This document shows, one piece after another, positions 50,780 to 64,000 of a stretch of DNA of 64,000 nt (positions are counted from its first letter, which is position 1; each line of letters begins with the position of its first letter). Position numbers and translations under genes: made by a program. Source of the DNA: Camelus ferus. Taxonomy: Eukaryota. The stretch spans positions 99,264,001 through 99,328,000 of the forward strand of contig NC_045696.1 of assembly GCF_009834535.1 (NCBI RefSeq). Direction: 5' to 3'. The notes under the pieces are model-generated. The model did not search any database. It was not told the origin of the DNA and was given only the letters and a program-made list of their open reading frames with translations.

Positions 50780-50990
50780 CTAATATTTATTGATACTCTT
50801 TTACATATGTGATTCTCTGCTTTATATACATAGTCATAGTTAATCCTCACAACTGAGTAGCATAGATATTTTTACCTTTATTTTGTAGATGAGGAAACCG
50901 AGGAGTAGAGAGATTAAATAGTTTTCAGAAGTTCCAATGCTCAGAGGTGACTGAAATGATATTCCAACAAAGTTTTTTTGGACTCCAAAT
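50780..50990 (-). mobile_element. MIR
   Basis: ttaatcctcacaac...attttgtagatgaggaaaccgagg...agagattaaata. Confidence 0.85.
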
Positions 50991-53900
50991 TTGACTGTAT
51001 TAACTCAGGAGGCTGGGTCATGTGGGTTAATAGAACCTAAATGCTTCTTGCCTAAAGGGAGGATTAGTTTTGTAAACTCATATAAGAGGTTAAATCCATA
51101 CTTATGGGAGGAAAAAGGCAGCAAAGTTTGTGAATCAGCCTGGATTTATGGTATACAGCAAACAATTGACAGCACTTGCTTTTCCAGGATGTTTTGAAAG
51201 ATAACAGCTTCTTTGCTGTAAACAATGAACATATTGCAGTAACACTAGTCATTGAAAGCAAAGGATGTTGCTGTTTATATTCAGAAGTCATATTTTGACA
51301 AACTTTAATTCTGAGAAGAAAAAGTAATAATTAACTTCATGATTGTAGATGTTTCTTGATGCTGAAAAGCACCTAGAAATGCCTTCCAAGTGTATTCTGT
51401 ATCCTAAAGATCTCAATTATCTGAACTATTCCCCCAAATATCTTTATTCTGGAACTGGTGATGTACTACTTGTAAGGCATAATCACAATACCAAACATGT
51501 ATTTGCACTTGCAGTGTTTGAAAGGACTGAACTGTTTAGCTATGCACAAGGGACTCCTTTGGTGTACTTCTGAGTGGAGATAAGAAAGGGGCCTTTGATG
51601 AATGGATTCAGGTGCAGGACCACCAGGTAAATCTCCAAGGGTGAGGAGAGAGAGAAAAAAAACCAGATGATGACCCCAAGATGAGCTCAAAGTGAGGCTC
51701 AGGAACTGATCCAAGGGCATCGGGGAACCCTACAATCACACCTACAACTCCCAATCTTGGGAAGGTCAGAAGCAGGAGATAGATGTTTATGTTTAATGCC
51801 CAGAGCACACAGCATTACTCTTCTGGGTTGTTCAGATGTTATAGGTAAACATCCCCCATGGCCATTCCCTTATATATGCTTTTTCCCCTTTGGAGACCTT
51901 CACCTCAATGCATCCTCTGGCTTCTCCCTTCCAGCTGCAATTTTATGTGCTACATAAGAATATAAACTGTGGCTTAGTTTGGGCTCTGATTGTTGCTGTA
52001 AGTGGAGGAATTATAGATTACATGCGGGTACTTGATAGTATCCAGACACAAAATTTTTTAAAAGGCTCTACTAATGAAATAATAATACACTTCCCTCATT
52101 TATTGCACAGTGAGGCCCTTCAGATTCAGTTTTGAGAATCTATTAAGTTGTTCTTTTTTCTCACTTGTTTTAGAATACACACACAATTTAGCCTTCAAAG
52201 GACTAATTAAAATGTGGACTAAGCCTGTTGATATAGTTAAGTTTTCCAGAAATGATAGTTTCTTTGTGTCTCATGTACTCATTTAATTTTGAAGTTTTGA
52301 CTTCATTTCTTTCCTATTAAAAATGATAAAGACGTAAGCCTTCTATAGGCATGAAATTATGGTCCAGGTGTCGGGATTCTAACAAATAGCTCCTAATTTC
52401 ATGGCGTGGAAAGTGAAGAATATGGTATGATATCTCATCTTATGTTGCTTTCCGCTTATTTTAACCTGTACAAGGTAATGAATGGGGTATACTTTTAAAG
52501 CAGATTGCTTTTCAAGTAGATTTGACCTTGGAAAATGAGATGTGATTTCAAAAGTTGCCATTCTAAAAATGGCATGTGCCTCAACATGATCTAGAGTGAG
52601 CATTAAGGTAAGGTAATTATGGGGCTTTAGAAGTAATGCATTAGAGCAACAAGCAATGTTAGCTTTAGCAAAATAAAATTTGTCATCCTTCTGTGATTTA
52701 GACCTGCTATAAATAGAAACTGTTTAAAAGGTGTTATTTAGTAGTCTCCATTAGGCAGCTGTCTATTTAAATCATTTAATTTTGGCATCTAATCCAACTC
52801 CCAGTCTCCATCAGAGACAAATAAGAAACCATATGTGAAGGCATCTGTGGAAATCTTCCTTTTATTTATGACAACATTAAAGTAAGACTCTGATGTCAGT
52901 TACTTAACAATAATAGACGTTCCTTTGCACCTATAGCGCTGGGTAACTTGGGCGTATCCCTCAGTGGTATCTTATACCTACTGCTGTTTGCTTCATTATA
53001 TACAGATGCACAGCAGTGGAGACAGTAATAGACTTCCTTAATTAAATAAAGCTAAATGTTAATTAGTCCAAAAAATTGATTTATTTTTAGTGCCCGAAAC
53101 TTTTCATCCTGGGCCTTTTGCTTTTAAAGAACAGGTTGTATTCTCATTTAGAACTTTACATTTTCCCCCTTTATTTTGGGTTTGTATTTGGAGTCTTGTG
53201 GTGGGCTCTAATCGTCATAGAGAAATTATAGGTCTACAGATGTTTTCAAGATGTTCCTCTGTCAGTAGCAGATTATCCCCTGTAGCAAAATCTCATTAAA
53301 GTGCAATTTACAGAGCTCTGCTGATGTTGCCATCAACCAAAATTAAAGGCATTAATTTTTCAAAGTTCACAGAAGTCCTTACATAAATGATGTAGCAGTT
53401 TGCAAGAACAATTTACAGAAGTGTTATTTGCAGAATTAACCTACATTAACAGAACAAATGTTGTAAGGGTGGAAGAAAGGGCTGGGCAGTGAAAACTGCA
53501 GCTGTTCCCATTTTATATTAGGTGCTTGATGTAAAGAAGTGTTGAAATGTAACAATGACTGCTTGCTGGGTGAAAAGTTGAGAGGGGAAAACAGGAATTT
53601 GAACGACCTCACTAGAAGAGTTAAGCTTACAATAGAGTGATCACCAGTTGGGGACACCCAGTGAGACCTTAAATTCTACTTTGAAACATCTGTAGTCAAT
53701 ATCTTTTAAAATATTCTCATTTAGAGAATGAGTTTATGTAGCTCATGTTGTGAGTATTTCTCTTCAATAAACTGCTAAGTGTTTGAGAATTTGTTAGCTG
53801 TACCTCAGTGATCCTAGCTAAAAGTTATATGCAGAATGGTGTTTGTGGCCCAAGATATTAAGGTGGGACTTTTTCCTGGTAGAAGAGGAATGGTGTTTTT

Positions 53901-56424
53901 CTGTCATTATCGTATGTCTTTTCCTTATGCCCAATTTTATCTAACAAAATCTTGACTACTGGATTTAAAACATCACAGGGGAAACTTCAAAAGAATTAGA
54001 CATTTCAGAGATTAGAAACAGAAAAAAAAAGACTTCTTTTGAAGTGGTAACTGTCTGCTACCACATTTGTTTCAGAACAGAGGGTATAGTTCTTAAAACT
54101 CATTAATCTTTACTAGTCTTTTTCCTTTCATTACATTAGTTATTTCAGCCTGGATCTGAATCTCATTGTATAAATGAGAGGGCTCATCAATCACACCTGG
54201 TCTCAGCCATGCTTTCTCTGGAGGGCTCATGCTTTCCCAAGATCCCAGGGATGGCTTTTCTTTTATTTCTGGAAGCCTGGGTGATGCTTGGGGGTTAGAG
54301 TGAACCATTGGAATGATACTGGTGCTGGTGCAAAGTTGGTTGGTCTTGACAGCTCACATTAATGGCAAACCCAAGCTGTTTCTGTATAGTATCTAGCCAT
54401 TGAATGTGAAGTGGTGTTCCCAGTGAACAGGTTTGCCTATCGTATAATCACCCCACAAATGCTCTTATAGCCATACCAATTCTTGTGGTTTGACTTGTTT
54501 CATGCATGCCTGGCTCCACTGGCTTTATCTGAATTTTGTCTGGGTGCACAACCTGTTTGATTATATAGCTTTTTTTTTTTTTTTAAACCCCTGTGAATCT
54601 CAATAAGTTCATGGCCTTTTGTCAAGAAATTCACTTCTGGGTGAGTTAGTATGATAAATGTGTCTTTTAGAAATCTTAAAAAATATTCAAGGAGCAATCC
54701 AAATACAAAATTTAAAAATGAAAAGTATGAAAAAATCAGAATGGTGAGAGTAATTTGGATTGGTGGATAGGAAATTTAGGAACTTGTTAATAAATTCTGC
54801 TGCTTGAGAAAGTTTCCTATCTGAAAATGACAGTTCCTCAAGGGACCAGGTGGAATATATGTCCATTGGCTTTTCTGTTGAGATTTTCAAAGAGGATATC
54901 AATTATGTTCCAGAATGATGGGGCCATCTGTTAACCAGGGCTGATTTCAAATCATCAAATATTGGTAGGAACATTAAGCCTTGCTAATTTGCATAGTATC
55001 ATTATCTCTAATACAAAAAATACATTTGGGAAAAAGTGCATATTCTCTGGTCCATTCAAGTATGAAGGTATCCACTTGGGTACAGTGCAAACCCTGTAAT
55101 ATTTACAATGGGGAAAGTCTACAGAAATTACTCATATCTGCCTTGACATAGTGAAGGCAGTAATTGTTACTTTATTGTCTCTTAGACAATAAATGCAAGA
55201 AACACACACAGATGGACTATGAATTTGATCGACAGCCCTAAGTCCTAGTCAAAAATATTCTTGAATTTTACTCTAATGTTTTCTCTATTATATGTCCCTG
55301 AATTTGTTTCAATAATCGACAAATAGATGGAGAATGATTCCTTTTTTGCAATATTGATAAGAGAATTTGCTCACTTAGACAATGCTTTATACTTCGCTTA
55401 ATGTGACTAGCCTATAGGAATACTGGCTGAATAATTTATTTTCATTTGTATTTGATAATAAATTTTCCTTACTCATACAAGATCTCTCATTTAAAGAAAT
55501 AATGAACCAACAGAAACATTAAGAAATCTGACACAAAAGACATATTCATATTTATATTTTTATGTCTAGTTCATGAACTTATATAGCATCAGAACAACTG
55601 AATTAAAACTAAACTTTCAGATATTAGTAGTTTTATAAATGGTTTGAGAAACATTACTACAACAGTAATAATTATTCATAAAACAAATGTCTTTTAAGAC
55701 ATTCCAATTAGCAAAGAAAACATTGATAAAAGACATAGTTTTATGAAACATACTGCATCTCAATTTGTCATATTAGTAAATATTGAATCTAGCCTTTGTT
55801 TCTTTCCTTTGTAAGTGGAGAAAAATTGTTTTTTACACTTGATTGGTCAAAACTGAATTCCACTTAAATAGATTTTGGAGTCTCTATATTGAAAAAAAGA
55901 TCATTTGATCTCATCCTAGACTTAACTCACAATTCCTGGAGTTAACTGATAATTTGGACAACTGTTAATCCTTGCAACTTGTGCAGCGTGACCCCCAGAC
56001 CCAGACACGGGCAGCTTGCACGACAACTCAGCCATCTTGCTGCTGATCTGATCTGGTGACACCCAACTGAGTTCCCTCCTACCCTAGAGTTGGCCTTTAA
56101 CCAACTTCTTTCCAGGGACTCAGGTTCTAACTGTTATGTTCCCCTGTCCTTTTCAGAAGCTTCCTCTGTCCAGGCTCTCTTCTTGAATATTTTGCCTGAA
56201 GACAATGAACTAAGTAGCAAAGGGAACTCAATATGTCTTTCTTTTGCCAAATTTTGTGAGAATAAGCCCACACCTTTGAAAGCTATTGTAGAAGAAATGG
56301 ACAGAAATGGACACACACATGTTGAATGATGCAAGTTGGAGAGGAAATAATATTTCTATTTAGGCAACTGGTTATTTTTCATACTCTCTGGAAATGGTGC
56401 ATCCACAGTGGGAGGCACCATAAT

Positions 56425-56622
56425 GCGATACCAGACAGACTTGGGTGTGAATCCTCTCTCTGCCCCAGAACTAACCACATGACTTTTAAGACATTAACCT
56501 CTTAATGTCTCAGTTTCCTGTTGGTAAAATGGGGAAGATAACAGTATTTACCTCAGAAGGTTGTTGTGAGGATTAAGTCAGATCAGTGCCCAGCACATAG
56601 CAACTACTCAATGAATGCTGGT
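56425..56622 (+). mobile_element. MIR
   Basis: cagacagacttgggtgtgaatcc...tctcagtttcc...gtaaaatgggg...gttgttgtgaggattaa...cagtgcccagcacatag. Confidence 0.88.
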
Positions 56623-57179
56623 TAAAAAGATTTACTGGCTAGTCTCCACAGATACAGAGATGCAAAAACAAGTAGGCAGACTTTGATGGCTTACAAAACC
56701 AGAGTGAAGAATTCAGAAGAATATGTAAAAAATGTCAAGTTTCTCCTTTGGTTTTACACATGCATGATCTATACTTCTGGAAAATGTCTAGTCAATTTGC
56801 TTTCATGAAGCTTTCATAATGTGCACTATAAAGAATGGTACACTTTCTAAAAAACATGTTTATTCTCTGCTTTTGGAGCCCAGGAAAATGTATAACTTCT
56901 ATTCTCCATTCAGAGAACTTCAGGAATGGCTTGCCTGTAAACTAGGTATCTGGAATGAATTTGACACATTGTTTTTCTGCTTCCTTTTGGCTAGAGAGTT
57001 CTTAAAAGCCTAATGATGGAAATGTTTATCTAACTCTTAAAAATTAGAAAAGTTGTTTTTCCATAATGAGACCTTCTCCAAATCCCCCCCCCCCACCATA
57101 AGTATCATTTTGTGGGCCTAATTAATTCCTTGATCTAAATAAAGGCTATCTTTTAGAATAGAACTGTACTCCATGTCAG

Positions 57180-57480
57180 TTAAACCAATAAATGTTTGTG
57201 GCAGGCATAGTGCAAAAGATGGTGGTACCCAAAAGGTAATAAGGACACTGTCCTTGCTAATAAGGAAAGGGGAAACTGACATGTGCATAAGTAGAGATCA
57301 AGGAAAATAAGGAAAGTGTATCAGAGACGGGGAGCCAAGCACTCCAGGAGTGCGGAGAGGGACTCACTCTCTGCAGCAAGTGGTGGCAAGTGAGGGGGCC
57401 AAGATGGGAGCACAGAAATTTGTCAGGGGAAGATCAGGTGGTAGAACCTAGAATAAAGAGGTGTAAAGGCACATGATGGG
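57180..57480 (-). mobile_element. Diverged L2 fragment
   Basis: gtggcaggcatagtgc...aataaggacactgtccttgc. Confidence 0.4.
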
Positions 57481-58844
57481 TTTTATAGGATTACAGATAA
57501 TAAAGTTTGAAGTTAATTATTATAGAATCATAAATATGTACATATATTTTGAGGCATTTGACCAACACTAAAATGCTTTGTTCCTTTACCAAAGACTTTA
57601 TTTTATTTTGTGTGGGTGTGTAAAATGATCATACATCCAAAAGCTTTATGTTGTAAAAAATAATATTAATCAGGTAGTGTTCCTTAGTCTTTATAACTTT
57701 CCTCGTTTCCTGTTATCTGTAAATTTTACAGATAAATAATGTATTGGTCATAATAAAAACCATCAAATGTGTGTTCTTCTTCATACATTAACATGCAAAT
57801 ATACATGAGAAAGAGAGAAAGAAAGCAATCATTTTCTTGGACAAAGCAAAGCTACTTTGTTTTATGTGAGGAAATAATATAGGTAAATAGACTAATCTTT
57901 TAAAAGAGATCTGTGTACCTGAAATGTTATTTCTTTAATATGAAATCAATTATCTCCCACAGTTCAGTAGGAATTTGGACTTTTACAATTGCTTAACCTC
58001 CTAAATATAGCAAAATTCATATGATATTTTAAAACCTCCAAGGAAGAAATAGTCTATTGCAATAAAATTACCTAATATAAAAATTAAGTGTGGAGTCACT
58101 TTAGAAACTAAATTTTATGAAGGTAACATAACAATTAGTGATGAATACATTACTTTAGAAGCTATTAATGTTTTTAGGACTATTCCAGGATAACTATTTC
58201 AGGAAAAACATCTCTTTCAGATAGGAAAGTTACTTAACATGTTTCATTTATATATGTAAGCCTTGAAACAGTAAGTGTTTTTACAGAAAATGCTTAAAAT
58301 TGACAACTAACAAAGGAACAATACATTATCTGCTGGTCATTTCCAGTTGAGCAATGCATTTTCTTTTCTATATGATGCTGAGTAACGTAGACAATTTCTT
58401 CTCATATGTCTATGAGGTGCTTTGAAATATAAATTTAGGAAGTCTTTGGTGGTCATAATTTATGAAACCAAATATTTCCCCATTTATTTGAACTTCTAGG
58501 TACTGTGAAAAACAAGCTTGGCACTGATTTAATGATTTGGGGAGCCATCAATGGTCGTAAGACAGTATGTGAATCCAGCAGCCATTTTGTTGCTTTTGCC
58601 TGAAACTAGAACAAAATGGTGGGAGGGAACACAGATGCTTTATGTGCGAATACATAACATAGATAATTGTGATACTTTTGGGGGCCAGTTTAAAATTTAA
58701 TTTTTCTTTTAAATTATTTTTATCTTTTAATATAGACAATAGGAAACGTTTATCAAGTAATAACAAACAGGAGATTTGTTAATCTGAAACATTGTGAACT
58801 GACTGTAGTCAGAAGGGTGCTGCTCCTGGGCTGTGTTCTTGGTC

Positions 58845-59045
58845 AGCTTTGTTCAGACCAGGCTCTGTTTTTACCAACTGTGTGAAAAGGGCAAGCTGCT
58901 TACTCTGTGCCAGTTTTCTCTCTTGTAAAATGGATATAACGATAGATCCCATTTTGTAGGGATTGGGTAATAATTAAAATAAGATAACACATGTGAAGAA
59001 CTAAACACATTGCCTGGTGTTTGGTAAGCATCCATAAATGTCTTA
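58845..59045 (+). mobile_element. MIR
   Basis: ctgtgtga..gggcaag...cagttttctctcttgtaaaatgg...agataacacatgtgaag...tgcctgg...gtaagca. Confidence 0.8.
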
Positions 59046-59765
59046 AATAATATTGATATTAACAGTATAATAAAAATTGATGATAAACTGACTGTACTTC
59101 AATAAAAATATATTTAAAAAGTTGATAATAAAAAGTAATATGAAAAATAAAGCCACTTTTAAAGTAGTATAAAGTTTATGTTAACTAGACTGGGTCACAT
59201 TCCTGTGGTAGATATTATAACCTCTGAATACATGTATTACTCTCTAAACACTTATGATTTAAATGTAATTTATCATAATATAGTAAAAAGAAATTCAAGT
59301 TGAAAAAAATGCCACAACAAGGCTCTGAAATCAAAAGCCTTTTTAGAGAATGTTTGACACTAATTCTATATATATTATGTTTCTAGTCATACATAGTTAT
59401 ATAGATGTGTATAGTATATATACATTTTTGTATCTTTTTACTTTTGAGTAAAGAGTTCATCCTTGAAAAAAAGACTAGCTGTTAAAAAGGAAAAAAAAAA
59501 TATAGCTCAATAAAAATGAAACTTTTGTTAATACTCAGTTCCATACCTGGAATAAATTTGCCTCATCTGTGAGAATTCATTGCTTCCTGTAGGATGTTCT
59601 TGTGAAACCACAATTGGCCTATTAATAATCAGCATGGTGGGCTCTTCATTACCGTAGTGGCAGCATTTCAGTCTTTAGATGTGTAGGTAACAGTACGGCT
59701 ACCATGAGTACAAAAATTTTTTAAAAAAAGGGCATATGCCATTTTTAAAGAGTATTCTATGTCTC

Positions 59766-59890
59766 TTTTTTTGAGGGGGGTGGGATGAGGTAATTAGGTT
59801 TATTTAATTTTTAGAGGAGGTACTGGGAACTGAACCCAGGACCTCTGCTTGCTAAGCACACCCTCTACCACTGAGTTATACCCTCCCCCC
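59766..59890 (-). mobile_element. tRNA-derived SINE (camelid-type)
   Basis: Minus strand ggggagggtataactcagtggtagagggtgtgcttagc...ggtcctgggttcagttcccagtacctcc...cctaattacctc. Confidence 0.9.
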
Positions 59891-59894
59891 CACC

Positions 59895-60240
59895 TCTATC
59901 TCTTTGTATCTACAGATCTAGACGTTAAAGACTATCTGGATGATATATATGGAATATGTATATCTTAATGTATTTATCATATATCTGAATATATCTTTGT
60001 CTATTCTTTAAAATCTGTATCTATAGATATCTAGATCTCTGTATGATCCAGAAATATATCTACATCAATATCTATTTACATAGACAGGTATCCAGATATA
60101 TACCCATATCTATCACCTACCATTATAATACATACAGATATGTGTCATATAACTATAGATATCCATATCTATGTCTTCTTTAAAATCCATATAGATGTAT
60201 CTCCATACATTTGTATGGAACCAGGTAGTATGTGTGTGTG
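59895..60240. repeat. Degenerate (TAGA/TATC/TA) low-complexity region
   Basis: Repeated tatcta/tagata/atatat. Confidence 0.65.
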
Positions 60241-60791
60241 TCTGTACACACAGTTCTGTTTCAGCCTTCCCTCACCCTCACTCCACAGTGTTGCTGACGG
60301 GAACGCTCCTTCCTCACGTGGCTTCCGTGACCTCTGCCTCCACTTAACTGGGGAGAGTGGCCAGACAGAATGAACTCCAGGGATGCTTCATGCTTCCTCC
60401 TCTTTGAGCTTTTTCCCCTTCCCCTGTCCATGACCTCTCCTTTGCTCTCCTCCTATCCTTTCACTTTGGCCACCCCATGTTTTGGCAAGGGAGTGTTCAG
60501 CTCTGCATATTTTCATCTGTTTTATTAGGAAGTAAATTGTTAGGAGTAAATTGTAACACCACAAATGAGAGTGTGACCCACCTCTGCTCACTCCCTTCCC
60601 GAGCTGTAGGGGATGAGAATTTGATCACTAACTGCCTCGCCTGCTCTCTGTAGAGTGTGACTGTTGAGTGGAGACAATAGGACCTCATCAACTATGTGGC
60701 TTTCTGTGCTGTGTAACATGCTAAATGCTTTATGTCATCACCTCTACTTATGCACCTACCTCTCTATGGTAGGTAACATTCTCTTCTTTTC

Positions 60792-62118
60792 TTTCTTTCT
60801 TTCTTTCTTTTTTAACATTTTTTATTGATATATAATCATTTTACAATGTTGTGTCAAATTCCAGTGAAGAGCACAATTTTTCAGTTATACATGAACATGT
60901 ATATATTCATTGTCACATTTTTTTCTCTGTGAGCTACCACAAGATCTTGTATATATTTCCCTGTGCTACACAGTACAATCTTGCTTATCTGTTCTACATT
61001 TTGAAATCCCAGTCTATCCCTTCCCACCACCTGCCACGTCCCCCTTGGCAACCACAAGTTTGTATTCTACGTCTATGAGTCTGTTTTTGTTTTGTATTTA
61101 TGGTTTCTTTTTTTTTGGATTCCACATATGAGCGATCTCATATGGTATTTTTCTTTCTCTTTCTGGCTTACTTCACTTAGAATGACATTCTCCAGGAGCA
61201 TCCATGTTGCTGCAAATGGCGTAATGTTGTTGGTTTTTATGGCTGAATAGTATTCCATTGTATAAATATACTACCTCTTCTTTATCCAGTCATCTGTTGA
61301 TGGACATTTAGGCTGTTTCCATGTCTTGGCTATTGTAAATAGTGCTGCTATGAACATTGGGGTACAGGTGTTTTTTGAAGTAGGGTTCCTTCTAGATATA
61401 TGCCCAGGAGCAGGATTCCTGGGTCATATGGTAAGTCTATTCCTAGTCTTTTGAGGAATCTCCATACTGTTTTCCACAGTGGCTGCACCAAACTGCATTC
61501 CCACCAGCAGTGTAGAAGGGTTACCTTTCCTCCACAGTCTCTCCAGCATTTGTCATTTGTGGATTTTTGAATGATGGCCATTCTGACTGGTGTGAGGTGA
61601 CACCTCATTGTAGTTTTGATTTGCATTTCTCTGATAATTAGTGATACTGAACATTTTTTCATGTGCCTATTGATCATTTGTATTTCTTTCTTGGGGAATT
61701 GCTTGTTTAGGTCTTCTGCCCATTTTTGGATTGGGTTGTTTATTTTTTTCTTATTGAGTCGTATGAGCTGCTTATATATTCTGGAGATCAAGCCTTTGTC
61801 GGTTTCATTTGCAAAAATTTTCTCCCATTCTGTAGGTTGTCTTTTTGTTTTACTTCTGGTTTCCTTTGCTGTGCAGAAGCTTGTAAGTTTAATTAGGTCC
61901 CATTTGTTTATTCTTGCTTTTATTTCTATTGCTTGGGTTGACTGTCCTAGGAGAACATTTTTGAGATGTATGTCAGATAATATTTTGCCTGTATTTTCTT
62001 CTAGGAGGTATATTGTATCTTGTCTTATGTTTAAGTCTTTGATCCATTTTGAGTTTATTTTTGTGTATGGTGTAAGGGAGTGTTCTAGCTTCACTGATTT
62101 ACATGCTGCTGTCCAGTT
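60792..62118 (-). mobile_element. 5'-truncated LINE-1 (~1.3 kb) with 3'UTR, A/(AAAG)n tail and 13-bp TSD
   Basis: ORF2 C-terminal homology; polyA signal (tttatt at ~60821); TSD ttctcttcttttc at 60779-60791 and 62119-62131. Confidence 0.95.
61115..62118 (-). pseudogene. L1 ORF2p C-terminal fragment (Cys-rich domain), disabled
   Basis: [56 protein letters not shown] motifs; frameshift near 61370 and in-frame TAG near 61271. Confidence 0.93.
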
Positions 62119-63719
62119 TTCTCTTCTTTTCATAAATTAAAATTCTGAGGTTTACAGAAGTTGACAACTTCATGGTGGTGGTGGGAGAGGCACTTGGATT
62201 TGAATCCATGTGGTCTAATACCAAAGTCCGTGGCTGTAACCACTAGGCTCATTGCTTTAATTTAATTTTATTTAAAAGCCTAGGTTTTTCCTACATAATA
62301 ACTTAATGGCATCAGGAGAGGTGAAATCTGCAACTTTAGCTTATGAGAAACAGATGTTTGAGGTACATGACCACATGTTGACTGGAAGACTCATTTTCCT
62401 CCACATTTTTCTTCAGTGAGATTTCATGTGGGAGAGGGGAGAATTTCTCACTTTCTTTCAGTTGAGAACATTTTTGAGGTTTAAAAGACAGAACGTGTTT
62501 GGGACAAAGGATTAACAGTCGAGAAAGCAGTTAATTTTGAGAAAATTTAGGTTACAAATTAATAATAATAATAGTTACCCAGTGCCTTTCCTCTGAGAAG
62601 ACCCAGATGATTTATAAAATATGAGGATAACATCATTGCACTCCCACCACAACCAGAGCAAAGAGACAGAGCAACAGTGTGCAGCTTGCTGGAGCTCAGC
62701 TCTCCACAAAGCCCCGGAATATTTGAGAGCATCGTGTTGCAGATATCAAAACGGATTTAATAATTCATCATTTAGGGAATAAAAAGCTAGGTTCTTGTTC
62801 TGCATTTAGAAAAATGCTAATTGAATAAATAACCATGAAAGGTTTTTTTTTTTCAGCTACCTGGTCTTTACAGAAATTCCAATCTACTGTTCTATTTGTT
62901 ACAAAGCTGTAGAAACACATGTATACACCAGCTTCATTTGAATTAATATGGGTGTAATAATATGTGCAGGCACTTAAGGGTAGGAATTTTTTATTCCTGG
63001 AATAAATCTGTTAGTTTTTAGACAAAAAGAGTTTTGTTTCGGGAACTGTTCAAATTTGGTTTCTTCCCCAGCACTTTCTGACGGGTGCTTCCGAATAAAA
63101 ATAATGACTCATTAGTGTGAAATCCTGTTTGAATGACAGGATTTCTGGGAAAAGAATTACCAGATTATTTTACATATCCTAGGCATTTGTAAATTGTTGT
63201 CTATGATTCCCCCAGAGGGATTCATTTACTCACAATTCATTATAAAAATTTGGACAAGGTTTTCTTCTTAATCTTTGAGATGACTTCCAGGCCTACTGTG
63301 GTTTTGCCTTCAGTCAGGATGTGCATTTGAGAACTTCTTAGAGGACCTGGGAAGCCAGGATCCCCCCCAGGGGGGTGGAGGGAGCTTTGAAGCCACATCT
63401 GCATGCAGGTGACTCCAGGCCACACAGGAAATTCCCAGGGAGCTGACAGTGTCACAGAAGTAGCTCAAATACATACAGGCCTTCTCTTCACTACCACCCT
63501 GCGATTATATTCTTTCCTATTTATTCTCAGCTCTTGAAATCTTTTCTGTAAACAGGATTTGTGGAAACACTTGTGTACTATTCAAACCCTAACCCAACAC
63601 GCAGATTTTCCTACCCCTTACAGAGGCTAAATTAGCTTTCCTTGTAGCCACGAGGACAATAGTCCCAGTTTCACTGTACTGCTATCCATCACTTTGTGTG
63701 TAAATAAGAGGCAGCAGGT

Positions 63720-63862
63720 GAGGTGGAAAAAGCAGAAGTTTGAATTTCAGAAGAGTTACATTCTAGTGCTGGCTATGCTCTTCGTTAGTTCTAGTCTGGT
63801 GACCCTGAACAAGTCATTGAATCGGTTCAGCGATGCCTAAGTTTTCTCTCTGTTAAATGAAA
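63720..63862 (+). mobile_element. MIR fragment
   Basis: gtggaaaaagca...gtgaccctgaacaagtcattgaa...gcctaagttttctctctgttaaatg. Confidence 0.7.
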
Positions 63863-63884
63863 TCTCAGAGCTGGAAGAGATCCT

Positions 63885-64000
63885 GGATTAGAGCGAGGAC
63901 CGCCAACTCAGCTGTCTGGACTGAGCGGCCAGAGGTAACATAGGAAGTGGGCGAGATGTAAGATACTAGAAAGGATGCGGGCTGTGATGCCCTAGGGATA
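63885..64000 (+). mobile_element. MER103C-like 5' part (runs off the window)
   Basis: caactca...ggccagaggtaacata..aagtgggcg..tgtaaga...gggctgtg. Confidence 0.5.

Larger units (their letters stand above)
60700..62250 (-). mobile_element. MIR split into two halves (60700-60790 and 62132-62250) by an L1 insertion
   Basis: tgctaaatgcttta...ctatggtaggta on the left; ctgagg...ggatttgaatcca...tctaataccaaagtcc..taaccacta on the right. Confidence 0.65.

Noticed and set aside
61616..62140. 174-aa hydrophobic + strand ORF resembling a membrane protein
   Set aside because: Antisense shadow of the A-rich L1 ORF2
557..63455. The many 60-220 aa ORFs in the six-frame track as host genes
   Set aside because: No recognisable domains, many non-ATG starts, overlap on both strands, and they coincide with GC-rich, low-complexity or repeat DNA, as expected by chance

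Overview
Mammalian (placental) non-coding genomic DNA. Three tRNA-derived SINEs resemble camelid SINEs, so the host is probably a camelid (inference). I found no host protein-coding exon, RNA gene or miRNA that I can support. The only ORF with real protein homology is a 5'-truncated, disabled LINE-1 ORF2 fragment (- strand, ~60.8-62.1 kb). The first ~21 kb is transposon-poor and carries a chain of about six small CpG-rich islands with TF motifs (RFX, CTCF, SOX, homeodomain) and several strong + strand splice sites. This pattern is typical of the flank or first intron of a developmental regulator or of its lncRNA, but I could not name the locus. The remaining ~43 kb is AT-rich, with ancient repeats (MIR, L2, MER5, MER94, MER103C, Arthur1, MLT1, L1ME), younger SINE/L1 insertions and several candidate enhancers. 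The most notable single signal is a 12-nt microexon candidate at 29007-29018. I see no convincing evidence of a novel multi-gene system. Repeat family names are from recalled consensus similarity, and their boundaries are approximate.
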